Assembly: GCA_018001225.1 (NCBI GenBank)
Contig: JAGNIJ010000017.1
Location: 10,688-74,687 of the forward strand
Direction of reading: 5' to 3'
Source: Kiritimatiellia bacterium
GTDB taxonomy: Bacteria; Verrucomicrobiota; Kiritimatiellia; CAIQIC01; JAGNIJ01
DNA length: 64,000 nucleotides
The notes beneath the pieces were generated by a model. The model was not told where the DNA came from and did not search any database. It saw nothing but the letters and a program-made list of their open reading frames with translations. The translations under genes were made by a program, and so were the position numbers. This document shows, piece by piece, positions 38,496-47,360 of this stretch (positions within the stretch are counted from its first letter, which is position 1; each line of letters starts with the position of its first letter).

Positions 38496-39407
38496 ATGAC
38501 GTCGGAACAGGAACCGTCTTCAGGTCTGCGTTTGCGTCCTTCCGGAAGTCATCTCAACGACCCCGGCGAACCCTGCCCGTCGTGCGGGGCGATCATGCCT
38601 TCGCACGTGACCGTCTGCCTGCAGTGCGGCTTCAACCGGGCTACGGGCACGCGGTTGCGGACGGTCCGCGGTCATTCTTCCCGGCGTTGGGCGGGGAGGC
38701 TCCTGCCGCTCGCGGGGCTCCTTTTGGCGGCAGGCTTGGGCGTCGCGGCGTTCCTGGGGTGGCGCTGGTACCCGGGAGCGTGGAAGAAGTTCCAGCGCGA
38801 GCGCATCGGGCAGGCCGTGACGGCCGTCAATGACCAGTATCCGAAATGCGCCATCGGCGAGACAGTGACGCTGCGTCGGGCCAGTGGGCAGGCGGCGACC
38901 GGCGTCCTCGTCGGGGTGGGGCCGGACGGGGTGGTGCTGCAGTCGGTCAAGGGGAGGGTGGCCTCGTTTCCCTTCTACCTCCTCGAGCCCGGGACCCTGC
39001 TGCGCTTTGACGACCGGCTGCGGGAGGAGGTGGTCCGCCTGCAGGTGGTCTGGCCGGAGCACTGGTGGGAGCGCCTGTGGATGCTGCTGATGCCGCCGCC
39101 GTGGCGTTTCGATACCGTCCTGGCCGAGCGGCACGCGGCCACCCGGCACTGCGCCTTCTGCCAGAATACCCGCCAGGTAGCCTGTCCGGGCTGCGGCGGG
39201 CGGGGTTCCGTTTCCGAAGCGGCGCGGAAGCCCTGTCCCCAGTGCAAGGGGACGGGCCAATACGCGCCCCGGATCGGCACGGGCAAGTCGCGCTGCCCCT
39301 TCTGCCAGGGGGCGGGGTACCTCGCCGACACGCATTTCAACCCGTGCCCGACATGCCGCGGGACCGGCCGGGTGCCCTGTCCCCGCTGCAGCCCGCCGGC
39401 GCCATGA
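38496..39407 (+). CDS. Zinc-ribbon, TM, and 4x CxxCxGxG (DnaJ-type zinc-finger) membrane protein (hypothetical)
   Basis: N-terminal CPSCGAIMPSHVTVCLQCG ribbon, TM LLPLAGLLLAAGLGVAAFLGW, a central beta-rich domain, and C-terminal CAFCQNTRQVACPGCGGRGS, CPQCKGTGQ, CPFCQGAGY, CPTCRGTGRVPCPRC. Confidence 0.55.
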   Translation: MTSEQEPSSGLRLRPSGSHLNDPGEPCPSCGAIMPSHVTVCLQCGFNRATGTRLRTVRGHSSRRWAGRLLPLAGLLLAAGLGVAAFLGWRWYPGAWKKFQRERIGQAVTAVNDQYPKCAIGETVTLRRASGQAATGVLVGVGPDGVVLQSVKGRVASFPFYLLEPGTLLRFDDRLREEVVRLQVVWPEHWWERLWMLLMPPPWRFDTVLAERHAATRHCAFCQNTRQVACPGCGGRGSVSEAARKPCPQCKGTGQYAPRIGTGKSRCPFCQGAGYLADTHFNPCPTCRGTGRVPCPRCSPPAP

Positions 39408-39459
39408 GGCCGCGAGGGCGTCGGGCGCAAAAAAAGCGGTCCGGCCGCGCATTCCTTTG

Positions 39460-39489
39460 TTGACTCTATCTTCGGGCTTTTCATATATT
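39460..39489 (+). promoter_or_regulatory. Candidate sigma70-type promoter ahead of the secreted-protein / type IV pilus gene block
   Basis: TTGACT at 39460-39465, an 18-nt spacer, then TATATT at 39484-39489. It is followed at about 39586-39605 by a small GC palindrome plus T7 run (possible attenuator or terminator of the upstream gene). Confidence 0.35.
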
Positions 39490-39636
39490 CCACTGAAGCT
39501 GCGGGGTGTTCGGAGACGTACAGGCGGCAAGCAGCCGCTCCGGTCGGCGGCGTGTATTTCGCGGGGCTGTTCCACGGGGATGGTTCGCGCCGCGCGGGTT
39601 TTTTTCGGATCGGGTATTACAGCGGGAGGAGCCAGG

Positions 39637-40230
39637 ATGAGAAAATGGTCATGCGGCCTGATCGTGGTGATGATCCTGCTGGCGGCAGGCGTGGCGAGCG
39701 AGGTCGCGGCGCAGCAACCCGCGACCGCTTCCCGGCCCGTCAAGATCCGGGCCATGAAGGGCAGCAAGGCCATCACCCCCCAGTACCAGCTGCTCAAAGG
39801 CCAGACCATGGCCCGCACGCGCGAATGGTTCCAGATCCTGACCCAGTACGAGACCGAGCCCGAGTGGATGGATGAGCTGACCTTCACCTACTACGTCCTC
39901 GTCCGCGACAAGGTCGGGCCGCAGAAGGGGCCCGTCCTGTTCCGCGGCGACGTGACCTACGTCACGATCCAGAAGGGCAAGCACATGAGCGACATGTACC
40001 TCCACCCGAGCACGCTGGCCCGGTACGGCGACGTGGAGGCGGTGGCGGTCCTGGTGACCTTCCGGGGGCAGCTGGTCGCCATGGAGAGCCAGCCATCCTC
40101 CCAGCAGCGCTGGTGGGAACAGCTGGCGCCGGTGGACGGCTTCATCCTGAACCGCATGCAGACGCCGTTCGCCATGATCGATTTCGACACGTACGAAGCC
40201 ATCAAGACCGGGGCGCCCGGCGGACGCTGA
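39637..40230 (+). CDS. Secreted hypothetical protein
   Basis: GGGAGGA RBS. Signal peptide MRKWSCGLIVVMILLAAGVASEVAAQ. 197 aa. It lies immediately upstream of pilM with a 3-nt gap. Confidence 0.45.
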   Translation: MRKWSCGLIVVMILLAAGVASEVAAQQPATASRPVKIRAMKGSKAITPQYQLLKGQTMARTREWFQILTQYETEPEWMDELTFTYYVLVRDKVGPQKGPVLFRGDVTYVTIQKGKHMSDMYLHPSTLARYGDVEAVAVLVTFRGQLVAMESQPSSQQRWWEQLAPVDGFILNRMQTPFAMIDFDTYEAIKTGAPGGR

Positions 40231-40233
40231 CCC

Positions 40234-41934
40234 ATGTTCAAAGGCGATCACATACTGGCCCTGGACATCGGCGCCAGCAGCCTGAAGATGGCCGCGTTCG
40301 CCGCCCTGAAATCCGGCGGCGTCGAGCTGGTGAACTTCGGGGTCGCGTCCCTCGACCTCGATCCCCAGGCGGAAGGCGAGCGGTCGGCCTACATCAGCAC
40401 CACCCTGCGCGAAATCATGCAGGACCGGGGCATCCGGCCCGGCCGCGTGCTCCTTTCCGTGTCCGGCCAGGCGGTGTTCTCCCGCTTCGTCAAGCTGCCC
40501 CCCGTCGACCGCGACAAGGTCTACCAGATCATCCTCTACGAGGCGCAGCAGAACGTCCCGTTCCCGATCGAGGAGGTGGTCTGGGACTACCAGCTCATCG
40601 GCGGCGCGACGGGCGAACTGGACGTGATGCTGGCCGCGATCAAGGCGGACATCATCGAGGAACTCACCGGCTGCGTCGAGCAGGCCGGCCTGGTGACGGA
40701 CCTGGTGGACGTGGCGCCGATGGCGCTCTACAACGCCGTCCGCTACAACTACAACGACCTCCCCGAGTGCACGCTCGTCGTGGACATGGGCGCGCGCTCG
40801 ACGGACCTGATCTTCATCGAGAAGGGCCGCGTCTTCAGCCGCAGCATCCCCGTCGCCGGCAACGCGATCACCCAGCAGATCATGACGGAGTTCGGCATGT
40901 CCTTTGCCGACGCCGAGGCCCTGAAGAAGGCCCACGCCTTCGTCGCCTTCGGCGGCGCCTACGAGGGGCCCAAGAGCGAGGTCGTGGACAAGGTCTCCAA
41001 GAGCGTGCGCAGCGTCATGACCCGCCTCCACGCCGAGATCAACCGCTCGGTCAATTTCTACCGCAGCCAGCAGAGCGGGCAGCAGCCGTCCCTCATCCTG
41101 CTCTCCGGCGGCACCGCGGCCATCCCGTACACCGACTCGTTCCTCAAGGACAAGATGAAGGTGAACGTGGATTACCTGAACCCCTTCCTCAACGTCGCCG
41201 TCAGCGAGGGCATCGAGACCGACGAGATCGCGCGCTACGCGGGCCAGATGGGGCAGGTGGTCGGCCTGGCCCTCCGCCGCTTCCTGACCTGCCCGATCGA
41301 GATCAACCTGCTGCCCCCGAAGATCCAGGCCGAGAAGGCCTTCCGCCGCAAGCAGCCGCTCTTCCTCGCGGCCGCCGTCGCCCTGCTGCTCACCCTGGGC
41401 GTCTGGTGCGCCTACTTCGTCAAGATGAGCGGCCTGGCCGAGGAGCGGATGGTCAAGGTGAAGGCCCGGGTCCAAGCCCTGGAGCAGGTCGAGGGCCGGC
41501 TCCGCGAAAGCGAGACCCAGGTGGCCGGCGTGCAGAAGACCATCGGCAGCCTGCTCGGGCTGTCCGCCAAGCGCACGCAGTGGCTGGAGGTCGTGGACCA
41601 GGTCCACGGCAGCCTGCCGGAGGGCGTCTGGCTGATCTCCCTCAAGCCGGCGTCCGACGCGTCCGCGGCGCCGGCCGATCCCAACCTCCCGCCGCCGGAC
41701 GAGTCGGCCGCGCGGAAGGATTCGGGGCCGGTCAGGACGCTGGAGATTTCGGGCCTGGCCTACGAGGACAAGGCGGGCGCCGGCGGCACGATCCGCGAGT
41801 TCCGCGACAAGCTGCGGCAGATGCCCCTGTTCGGGCCCGACACCGAGATCATCTGGGCGCCCTCGCCGGGCCAGGACGATTTCGTCCGCCAGTTCAAGAT
41901 CCTGCTCGTGCTTAAAACCCCGTTGAACGTATGA
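40234..41934 (+). CDS. pilM: Type IV pilus assembly protein PilM fused to PilN
   Basis: Actin-like ATPase fold start ILALDIGASSLKMAAF...VDMGARSTDLIFIEKG (PilM). A single TM LFLAAAVALLLTLGVWCAYFV and a coiled-coil/periplasmic PilN-like C-terminus follow, in one 566-aa ORF. Confidence 0.8.
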   Translation: MFKGDHILALDIGASSLKMAAFAALKSGGVELVNFGVASLDLDPQAEGERSAYISTTLREIMQDRGIRPGRVLLSVSGQAVFSRFVKLPPVDRDKVYQIILYEAQQNVPFPIEEVVWDYQLIGGATGELDVMLAAIKADIIEELTGCVEQAGLVTDLVDVAPMALYNAVRYNYNDLPECTLVVDMGARSTDLIFIEKGRVFSRSIPVAGNAITQQIMTEFGMSFADAEALKKAHAFVAFGGAYEGPKSEVVDKVSKSVRSVMTRLHAEINRSVNFYRSQQSGQQPSLILLSGGTAAIPYTDSFLKDKMKVNVDYLNPFLNVAVSEGIETDEIARYAGQMGQVVGLALRRFLTCPIEINLLPPKIQAEKAFRRKQPLFLAAAVALLLTLGVWCAYFVKMSGLAEERMVKVKARVQALEQVEGRLRESETQVAGVQKTIGSLLGLSAKRTQWLEVVDQVHGSLPEGVWLISLKPASDASAAPADPNLPPPDESAARKDSGPVRTLEISGLAYEDKAGAGGTIREFRDKLRQMPLFGPDTEIIWAPSPGQDDFVRQFKILLVLKTPLNV

Positions 41935-42887
41935 ACCTCAAGAAGAACATGACGTTGATCGTGGGCGGCGCGATCGCCGGGGTGCTGCTCGTCATCCTGC
42001 TGGTCCTCCTGTTTAGGTTCAACTCTTCCTACCAGAAGGTGAACCGGGAACTGCAGTCGGCCCAGCAGCGCCTGACCATCCTGAACGGCCGCGACCCGTT
42101 CCCCTCCGAGGAGAACGTGGCCGTGGTCCGGACCAACCTGGCGGTGCTCCAGGATTTCTTCGGCACGCTGATGAAATCCCTGCAGGAGGGCCAACCCGAG
42201 ATCGCGGAGATGGAGCCGGCCGAGTTCAACCTGCTGTTAGACCAGACGCGCCGGCGCCTGTTCGGCGCGGCGGCCAAGGTGAAGGTGGCGCTGCCCCCGG
42301 GGTTTTCCTTCGGGTTCGACCGCTACGCGGCCGGCACGCTGCCCGATGCGGTGGACGTGCCGAGGCTGGTGGCCCAGATGAAGGAAGTCGAGTTCCTGTG
42401 CGGCCTGCTCTACGCCTCGAAGATCGGCGAGATCTCGTCCATCGAGCGGGCGGTGTTTGAAGCCTCGGCCCGCCCGACGGTCGCGACGGAGACCTTCGTG
42501 GATCCGCGCATGGCGCGGTACGGCGGCGGGGCGCCGGCGGCGACGGCGGCCGCGACGGCGGATACCTACAAGGACGCCTCGGGCCTCTTCAGCCGGCAGC
42601 GGTACACGGTAACCTTCCGCGGCCGCGATGCCGCCGTGGAGGATTTCCTCAACCGGGTCGCTTCCAGCAAGCGGTTCCTCGTGGTGACCCGGCTGCAGTT
42701 GGAGAACGAAACGGGCGTGCCGAAAGTGACGGCCCCGCTTCCGGCCACGGCCGCGCCGGGAACGGCGCCCGCCGCGCCGCTGGCGCGGGAGAAACGCGTC
42801 TCGGCCGGCCGGGAGCCCGTCAAGGTGATCGTCGAGGTGGAGGTGTACCGCTTCCATTCGCCGCAGGACGGGGAGGCTTCATCGTGA
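41931..42887 (+). CDS. pilO: PilO-like type IV pilus assembly protein
   Basis: Start overlaps the pilMN stop. N-terminal TM LIVGGAIAGVLLVILLVLLF and coiled-coil QKVNRELQSAQQRLTIL, then a periplasmic domain. The call rests on position between PilN and PilQ. Confidence 0.6.
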   Translation: MNLKKNMTLIVGGAIAGVLLVILLVLLFRFNSSYQKVNRELQSAQQRLTILNGRDPFPSEENVAVVRTNLAVLQDFFGTLMKSLQEGQPEIAEMEPAEFNLLLDQTRRRLFGAAAKVKVALPPGFSFGFDRYAAGTLPDAVDVPRLVAQMKEVEFLCGLLYASKIGEISSIERAVFEASARPTVATETFVDPRMARYGGGAPAATAAATADTYKDASGLFSRQRYTVTFRGRDAAVEDFLNRVASSKRFLVVTRLQLENETGVPKVTAPLPATAAPGTAPAAPLAREKRVSAGREPVKVIVEVEVYRFHSPQDGEASS

Positions 42888-43945
42888 GCACCGATCCGCG
42901 CCAGAAATCAAGCTGGTTGAGCCAGATGTACGACAAGGTGCTGGTCGTCGTCATGCTGCTGGCGCTGCTCTTCTCCGCCGTGATCCTGATCTTCCAGATC
43001 GGAAGCATCCGCCGGCAGCTGGCGCTGGGCCAGTGGGACCAGGCGCCGACCGCCCCGCGGCCGGCCAAACCCGCGGACCTCGAGGCCTTCAAGCCCAGCC
43101 TGGAGCAGCTCGCGAGGCCGTTCCAGGCGGAAACCCGCAACCAGCGCCTGATGGTCAGCGAGGTGCGCGTCAGTTGCGTGAAATGTTCCAAGCCCATCGC
43201 GTTCAACGCCGCGCAGTGCCCTTTCTGCGGGAAGGAGCAGCCCCAGGCCATTGATCCCCTGAAGATCGATCTCGACGCGGACGGCATCAAGGACTGGTGG
43301 GAAACCAAGTACGGCCTGAATCCCTCCGACAAGGCGGACGCCCAGGGCGACCTGGACGGGGACGGATTCTTGAATCTCGAGGAGTTCCTGGCGCAGACGG
43401 ATCCCACCGACTCCAAGGATTTCCCGGAACTCCCGGCCAAGCTCCGCCTCCGGAAGGTGGTCACCGAGCCATTCTTCCTGCGGTTCCAGGGCGTCAACGA
43501 AATCTCCGACGGCGTGTTCCAGTTCCAGTTGAACCTGCGGACGCTGGAGCGGACGTATTTTGTCAAGATCGGCGAAGCGGTGGAAGGCTTCACGGCGATC
43601 GAGTATCTCCCCGGCGCCTCCGCAGGCCCGACGCTGGTCATGCAGCAGGGCGAGAAGAAGATCAACCTGATCAAGGGCCAGGCCGTGCAGCAGGAGGAAC
43701 TGATCGCCCAGTTGGTGTTCCTCCTGGACCGGACGCCCATGCGGGCGCGGGTCGGGGACATGATCACACTCAAGGGGCAGGAGTACAAAGTCGTTGACAT
43801 CAAACGGAATAGCGTTGTAATACGCGACGTGAAGACGGACAAGGACACCGTGGTCCCGATGTTGACCGCCGCGGACATGGCGGCCGGTGGAGCCCCGGGC
43901 GGCTCGGGCTTGCCCGGGGCCGCGAATCCCCTGGGCGGTGAATGA
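42884..43945 (+). CDS. PilP-like pilus assembly protein with an inserted zinc ribbon and calcium-binding DxDxDG motifs
   Basis: TM VLVVVMLLALLFSAVILIF, ribbon CVKCSKPIAFNAAQCPFCG, DLDADGIKDWWE and DLDGDGFLNLEEF. The C-terminal beta domain sits before pilQ. Assignment is by operon position. Confidence 0.45.
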   Translation: MSTDPRQKSSWLSQMYDKVLVVVMLLALLFSAVILIFQIGSIRRQLALGQWDQAPTAPRPAKPADLEAFKPSLEQLARPFQAETRNQRLMVSEVRVSCVKCSKPIAFNAAQCPFCGKEQPQAIDPLKIDLDADGIKDWWETKYGLNPSDKADAQGDLDGDGFLNLEEFLAQTDPTDSKDFPELPAKLRLRKVVTEPFFLRFQGVNEISDGVFQFQLNLRTLERTYFVKIGEAVEGFTAIEYLPGASAGPTLVMQQGEKKINLIKGQAVQQEELIAQLVFLLDRTPMRARVGDMITLKGQEYKVVDIKRNSVVIRDVKTDKDTVVPMLTAADMAAGGAPGGSGLPGAANPLGGE

Positions 43946-44030
43946 TTTTTTTAGCGCGGGCAGCGCCCGGCATTTGGAAACAGTACCATTGAAAAGCGAT
44001 AATCGGAAACGACGCAAGGAGGAGTACTCC

Positions 44031-47000
44031 ATGAGACTCGGCATCACGGCGTTGATACTGGCGGGGGTGTGCGGCGGGATGATGGTCACACCGGCGGCGG
44101 CGCAGGAGGCCGGCTCGCTGGAGGACTTGCTCAAGGATATCGAATCCGCCCCGGCCGAAACGGCCGCGCCCGCGGCCGAAGTGCCGGCCGTTGAAGCGCC
44201 CGCGGCCGAAGCGCCGATGGAAGAAGCCGCCCCGGTGGAGGCGGTGTTGGAAGAGGCCGTGACGGAAGAAGCCGCGCCCGCGGCGCTGGAACCCGTCGAA
44301 GCGGTCGCCGAGGACGTCGCGATCGAGGCCCCCGTGATGGAGGAGGCTGCCGCGGAGGCGCCGGCCGAGCCGCTGATGGAGGAGCCCGCGCCCGCGTTGC
44401 TGGAAGAAGCGGCCCCGATGGAAGAGCCCGCGGTCGCCGAGGAAAGCCTGGAAGCCGCGCCGGCGGAGGAGCCGCTGCTGGAGGCCGCGCCCGTCGAGGA
44501 GCCTGTCGTCGCGGAAGAGCCCGCGGTCCTGGAAGAGCCCGCCGTGGCCGAAGAACCGTCCGTTCTGGAAGAGCCCGCGGTCATCGAGGCCCCGGTCGTG
44601 GAAGAGCCCCCGGCGGAAGTGGTGGAAGAAGCGCCGGCCAGCATCTGGGAAGAAACCCCCGCGGCCGCGCCGGCGGAAGAGTCCCTCTTCGCCGAACCCG
44701 CCGTCGAGCCTGTTATGGAGGCGCCCGCCGCCCTGGAAGCCGCGGCCGAAGAGGCCGCTCCCGAGGAAGCCGCCGAAGCCGAACCGGAGAAGCCGGCCAA
44801 GAAAAAGGTCAGCGCCAAGGAAGCGCGCCAGATCGCCATGCAGGAGGAAGTGAAGCGCCAGGCGATGCAGGTCGACGGCGAGAAGAAACTGGACGCCGGC
44901 TACGCGGCCCTGCAGGGGCAGGACTACGTGGCGGCCGCCGCCGCCTTCGAAGAGGCCGTGAAAAACCTGCCCGAGCGGCCCCAGAACGTCGCGCTGATCG
45001 AGCGCGCCAAGTGGGGGCTGGCGGAATCGTATTACCAGGTGGCCAGCAGCCAGCTTCAGAAGGACGATCTCAAGTCCGCCCGCGAAAACGTGGAGAAGGC
45101 CTTGCGCGCGGTGCCGGAGCACCGGCCGGCCGATGCCCTGCTCAAGCGGATCGCCAAGGCGGAGGATATCGCCGCCCGGCCGAAGCCCCCGGCGGACCGG
45201 CCCGAGACCCTCAAGAAGCAGAAGACCGTCTCCGAACTGCTCGTGGAGGGGCGTCAGTTCTTCGACCTCGAAGACTACAATGCGGCCGAGCGGCTGTACG
45301 AGCAGGTGCTGCTGCAGGACGAGTACAACGTCGAGGCCATGCGCTACCTGCGCCGCATCGACGAGCGCCGTTACAAGCGGCGCACGACCGAGCGCAACGC
45401 CACCATCGCCGACATGATGCAGCAGGTGCGCGACGCGTGGAACCCGCCCGTCCGCGACGAGGCCGAGACCCCGGAGCGCCTGCTGGGCGGGGAAACGACG
45501 GTCGACAAGACCGCGACCCAGAAGTTGCAGGAAAAGCTCACCAAGATCATCATCCCCTCGTTTGAAGTGCGCGACGGGAACATCCATGACGTGGTCCGCA
45601 ACCTGGATGAAATGGCCCGAGCCAACGACCCCGAGGGCTTCGGCGTCAACATCCTGCTGAACCTCAATGTCCCCGGCGCGGAGAGCGCCGCGCCCGCCCC
45701 GGTGCCGATGGCCGCCCCGGTCGCCCCGATGGGCGGCGGGGATGAATTCGACGATTTCTTCGCGGAGCCGGCCATGGCCGCCCCCGTGGCCGCGCCGACG
45801 CCCGGCGTCCGCACGATCACGTTGAGCCTGCGCCGCGTGTCCCTGCTCGACGCCATCAAGTACATCACCGACGTGGCCAACCTGAAGTACCGCATCGAGG
45901 ACAACGTGGTCATCATCACGCCCGCCAACGTGGCGGTGGGCCGCGTGATCACCCGCCTGTATCCGGTGCAGCCCTCCATCCTCGACGTGATCGTGGAAAA
46001 ACAAGAGACGGAGCCGGCCGAGCGCACCGGCGACTTCATCGCCATGGGCGGCGGCACGCAGTCGATGAAGCGCGGCGACGTGAAGGAGTTCTTCGAAAAG
46101 GCCGGCGTGCCGTTCCCCGCGGGAACGTCCATCACGTACAACCCCACCATCAGCCAGTTGATCGTGGCGAACACGGCGGAAAACCTGGACACCTTCGAGC
46201 GTATCCTCTCCCAGTTGAACGTGATCCCGACCCAGGTCGAGATCGAGGCGCGTTTTGTCGAGGTCAACCAGGATGACCTGGAGGAACTGGGCCTGCAGTG
46301 GATCCTGACGGACGACTGGGAAATCGCCCAGAATACGGCGAATGCCGCCCTGGCCGGCACCGAGCGCTTCCAGATCAACGCCGACGAGGCCGGCTTCACC
46401 AAGGGGAACCGCTTCTTCGCGTTCGACAACACCACCCTCGCCGTCAGCCCGGTCAGCCCCACGACGATCCGCGCCGACCAGCAGACCGCCATGGGCGGCA
46501 TCCTGACGGCGGCCAGCGTGCTGACGAACCCCGAGTTGACGGTGATCCTGCAGGCGCTCTCGCAGAGCGGGCACTCGGACCTGCTGTCGGCCCCGCGCAT
46601 CACCACGCGCAGCGGCGCGAACGCGCAGATCCAGGTCGTGAAGGAGATCATTTACCCGACGGAGTTCGAGGTGACCCAGCCCACGGTGCAGAGCCAGGGC
46701 GACCTGGTGACGCCGCCGGTGGTGACCCCGGGCGCCTTCCAGACCCGCGAAGTCGGCGTGATCCTGAACGTCACCCCGACGGTCGGGCCGGACGGGTGGA
46801 CGATCGACCTGACCCTCGTGCCCGAGGTGGCCGAGCTGGTGGACTGGATCCAGTACGGGTCGCGCATCACGCTGCCCCAGAACCGGGTCAACCCCATCAC
46901 GGGGCTCCTGGAAAGCGGCGATCCGCTGATCTACGCCTTCAACATCCCGCAGCCGATTTTCAGCAGCCGCAACGTGACCACGAGCCTGGTGATCTGGGAC

Positions 47001-47261
47001 GGGCAGACGGTCGTCATGGGCGGGCTGATCCGCGAAGAGCTGATCACCTTCAAGGACAAGATTCCTTTCCTGGGCGACATCCCGATCATCGGCCGCCTGT
47101 TCCGTACCGAGGGGCAGAAGAGCCGGAAGACCAACCTGCTGATCTTCGTGACGGCGCGGCTGGTCAACCCGGCCGGCAAGCCCGTGCATAAGCCCGAGGA
47201 CCGGACCCTGCCGGGCACCGGCATGACGGCCGCCGCGACCGATGCGGCCGCCACTCCTTGA
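44031..47261 (+). CDS. pilQ: Type IV pilus secretin PilQ with an N-terminal acidic Ala/Glu/Pro/Val repeat region
   Basis: AAGGAGGAG RBS. Signal peptide MRLGITALILAGVCGGMMVTPAAAQE. The secretin C-domain reads LSAPRITTRSGANAQIQVVKEII...VTPTVGPDGWTIDLTLVPEV...LVIWDGQTVVMGGLIREE...IPFLGDIPIIGRLFRTEGQKSRKTNLLIFVTARLV. Residues about 40-240 are (EEPAV/AEEP)n repeats. Confidence 0.8.
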   Translation: MRLGITALILAGVCGGMMVTPAAAQEAGSLEDLLKDIESAPAETAAPAAEVPAVEAPAAEAPMEEAAPVEAVLEEAVTEEAAPAALEPVEAVAEDVAIEAPVMEEAAAEAPAEPLMEEPAPALLEEAAPMEEPAVAEESLEAAPAEEPLLEAAPVEEPVVAEEPAVLEEPAVAEEPSVLEEPAVIEAPVVEEPPAEVVEEAPASIWEETPAAAPAEESLFAEPAVEPVMEAPAALEAAAEEAAPEEAAEAEPEKPAKKKVSAKEARQIAMQEEVKRQAMQVDGEKKLDAGYAALQGQDYVAAAAAFEEAVKNLPERPQNVALIERAKWGLAESYYQVASSQLQKDDLKSARENVEKALRAVPEHRPADALLKRIAKAEDIAARPKPPADRPETLKKQKTVSELLVEGRQFFDLEDYNAAERLYEQVLLQDEYNVEAMRYLRRIDERRYKRRTTERNATIADMMQQVRDAWNPPVRDEAETPERLLGGETTVDKTATQKLQEKLTKIIIPSFEVRDGNIHDVVRNLDEMARANDPEGFGVNILLNLNVPGAESAAPAPVPMAAPVAPMGGGDEFDDFFAEPAMAAPVAAPTPGVRTITLSLRRVSLLDAIKYITDVANLKYRIEDNVVIITPANVAVGRVITRLYPVQPSILDVIVEKQETEPAERTGDFIAMGGGTQSMKRGDVKEFFEKAGVPFPAGTSITYNPTISQLIVANTAENLDTFERILSQLNVIPTQVEIEARFVEVNQDDLEELGLQWILTDDWEIAQNTANAALAGTERFQINADEAGFTKGNRFFAFDNTTLAVSPVSPTTIRADQQTAMGGILTAASVLTNPELTVILQALSQSGHSDLLSAPRITTRSGANAQIQVVKEIIYPTEFEVTQPTVQSQGDLVTPPVVTPGAFQTREVGVILNVTPTVGPDGWTIDLTLVPEVAELVDWIQYGSRITLPQNRVNPITGLLESGDPLIYAFNIPQPIFSSRNVTTSLVIWDGQTVVMGGLIREELITFKDKIPFLGDIPIIGRLFRTEGQKSRKTNLLIFVTARLVNPAGKPVHKPEDRTLPGTGMTAAATDAAATP

Positions 47262-47360
47262 GCGAAGGCCGGCGGAGCGCGACAGGCGAACCCGGGTCCG
47301 GGCGGCGCGGAGAGGCCCCTGTCTGATGTCAGGCAGGGGCGGGTGTGTATTCCTTAAACC

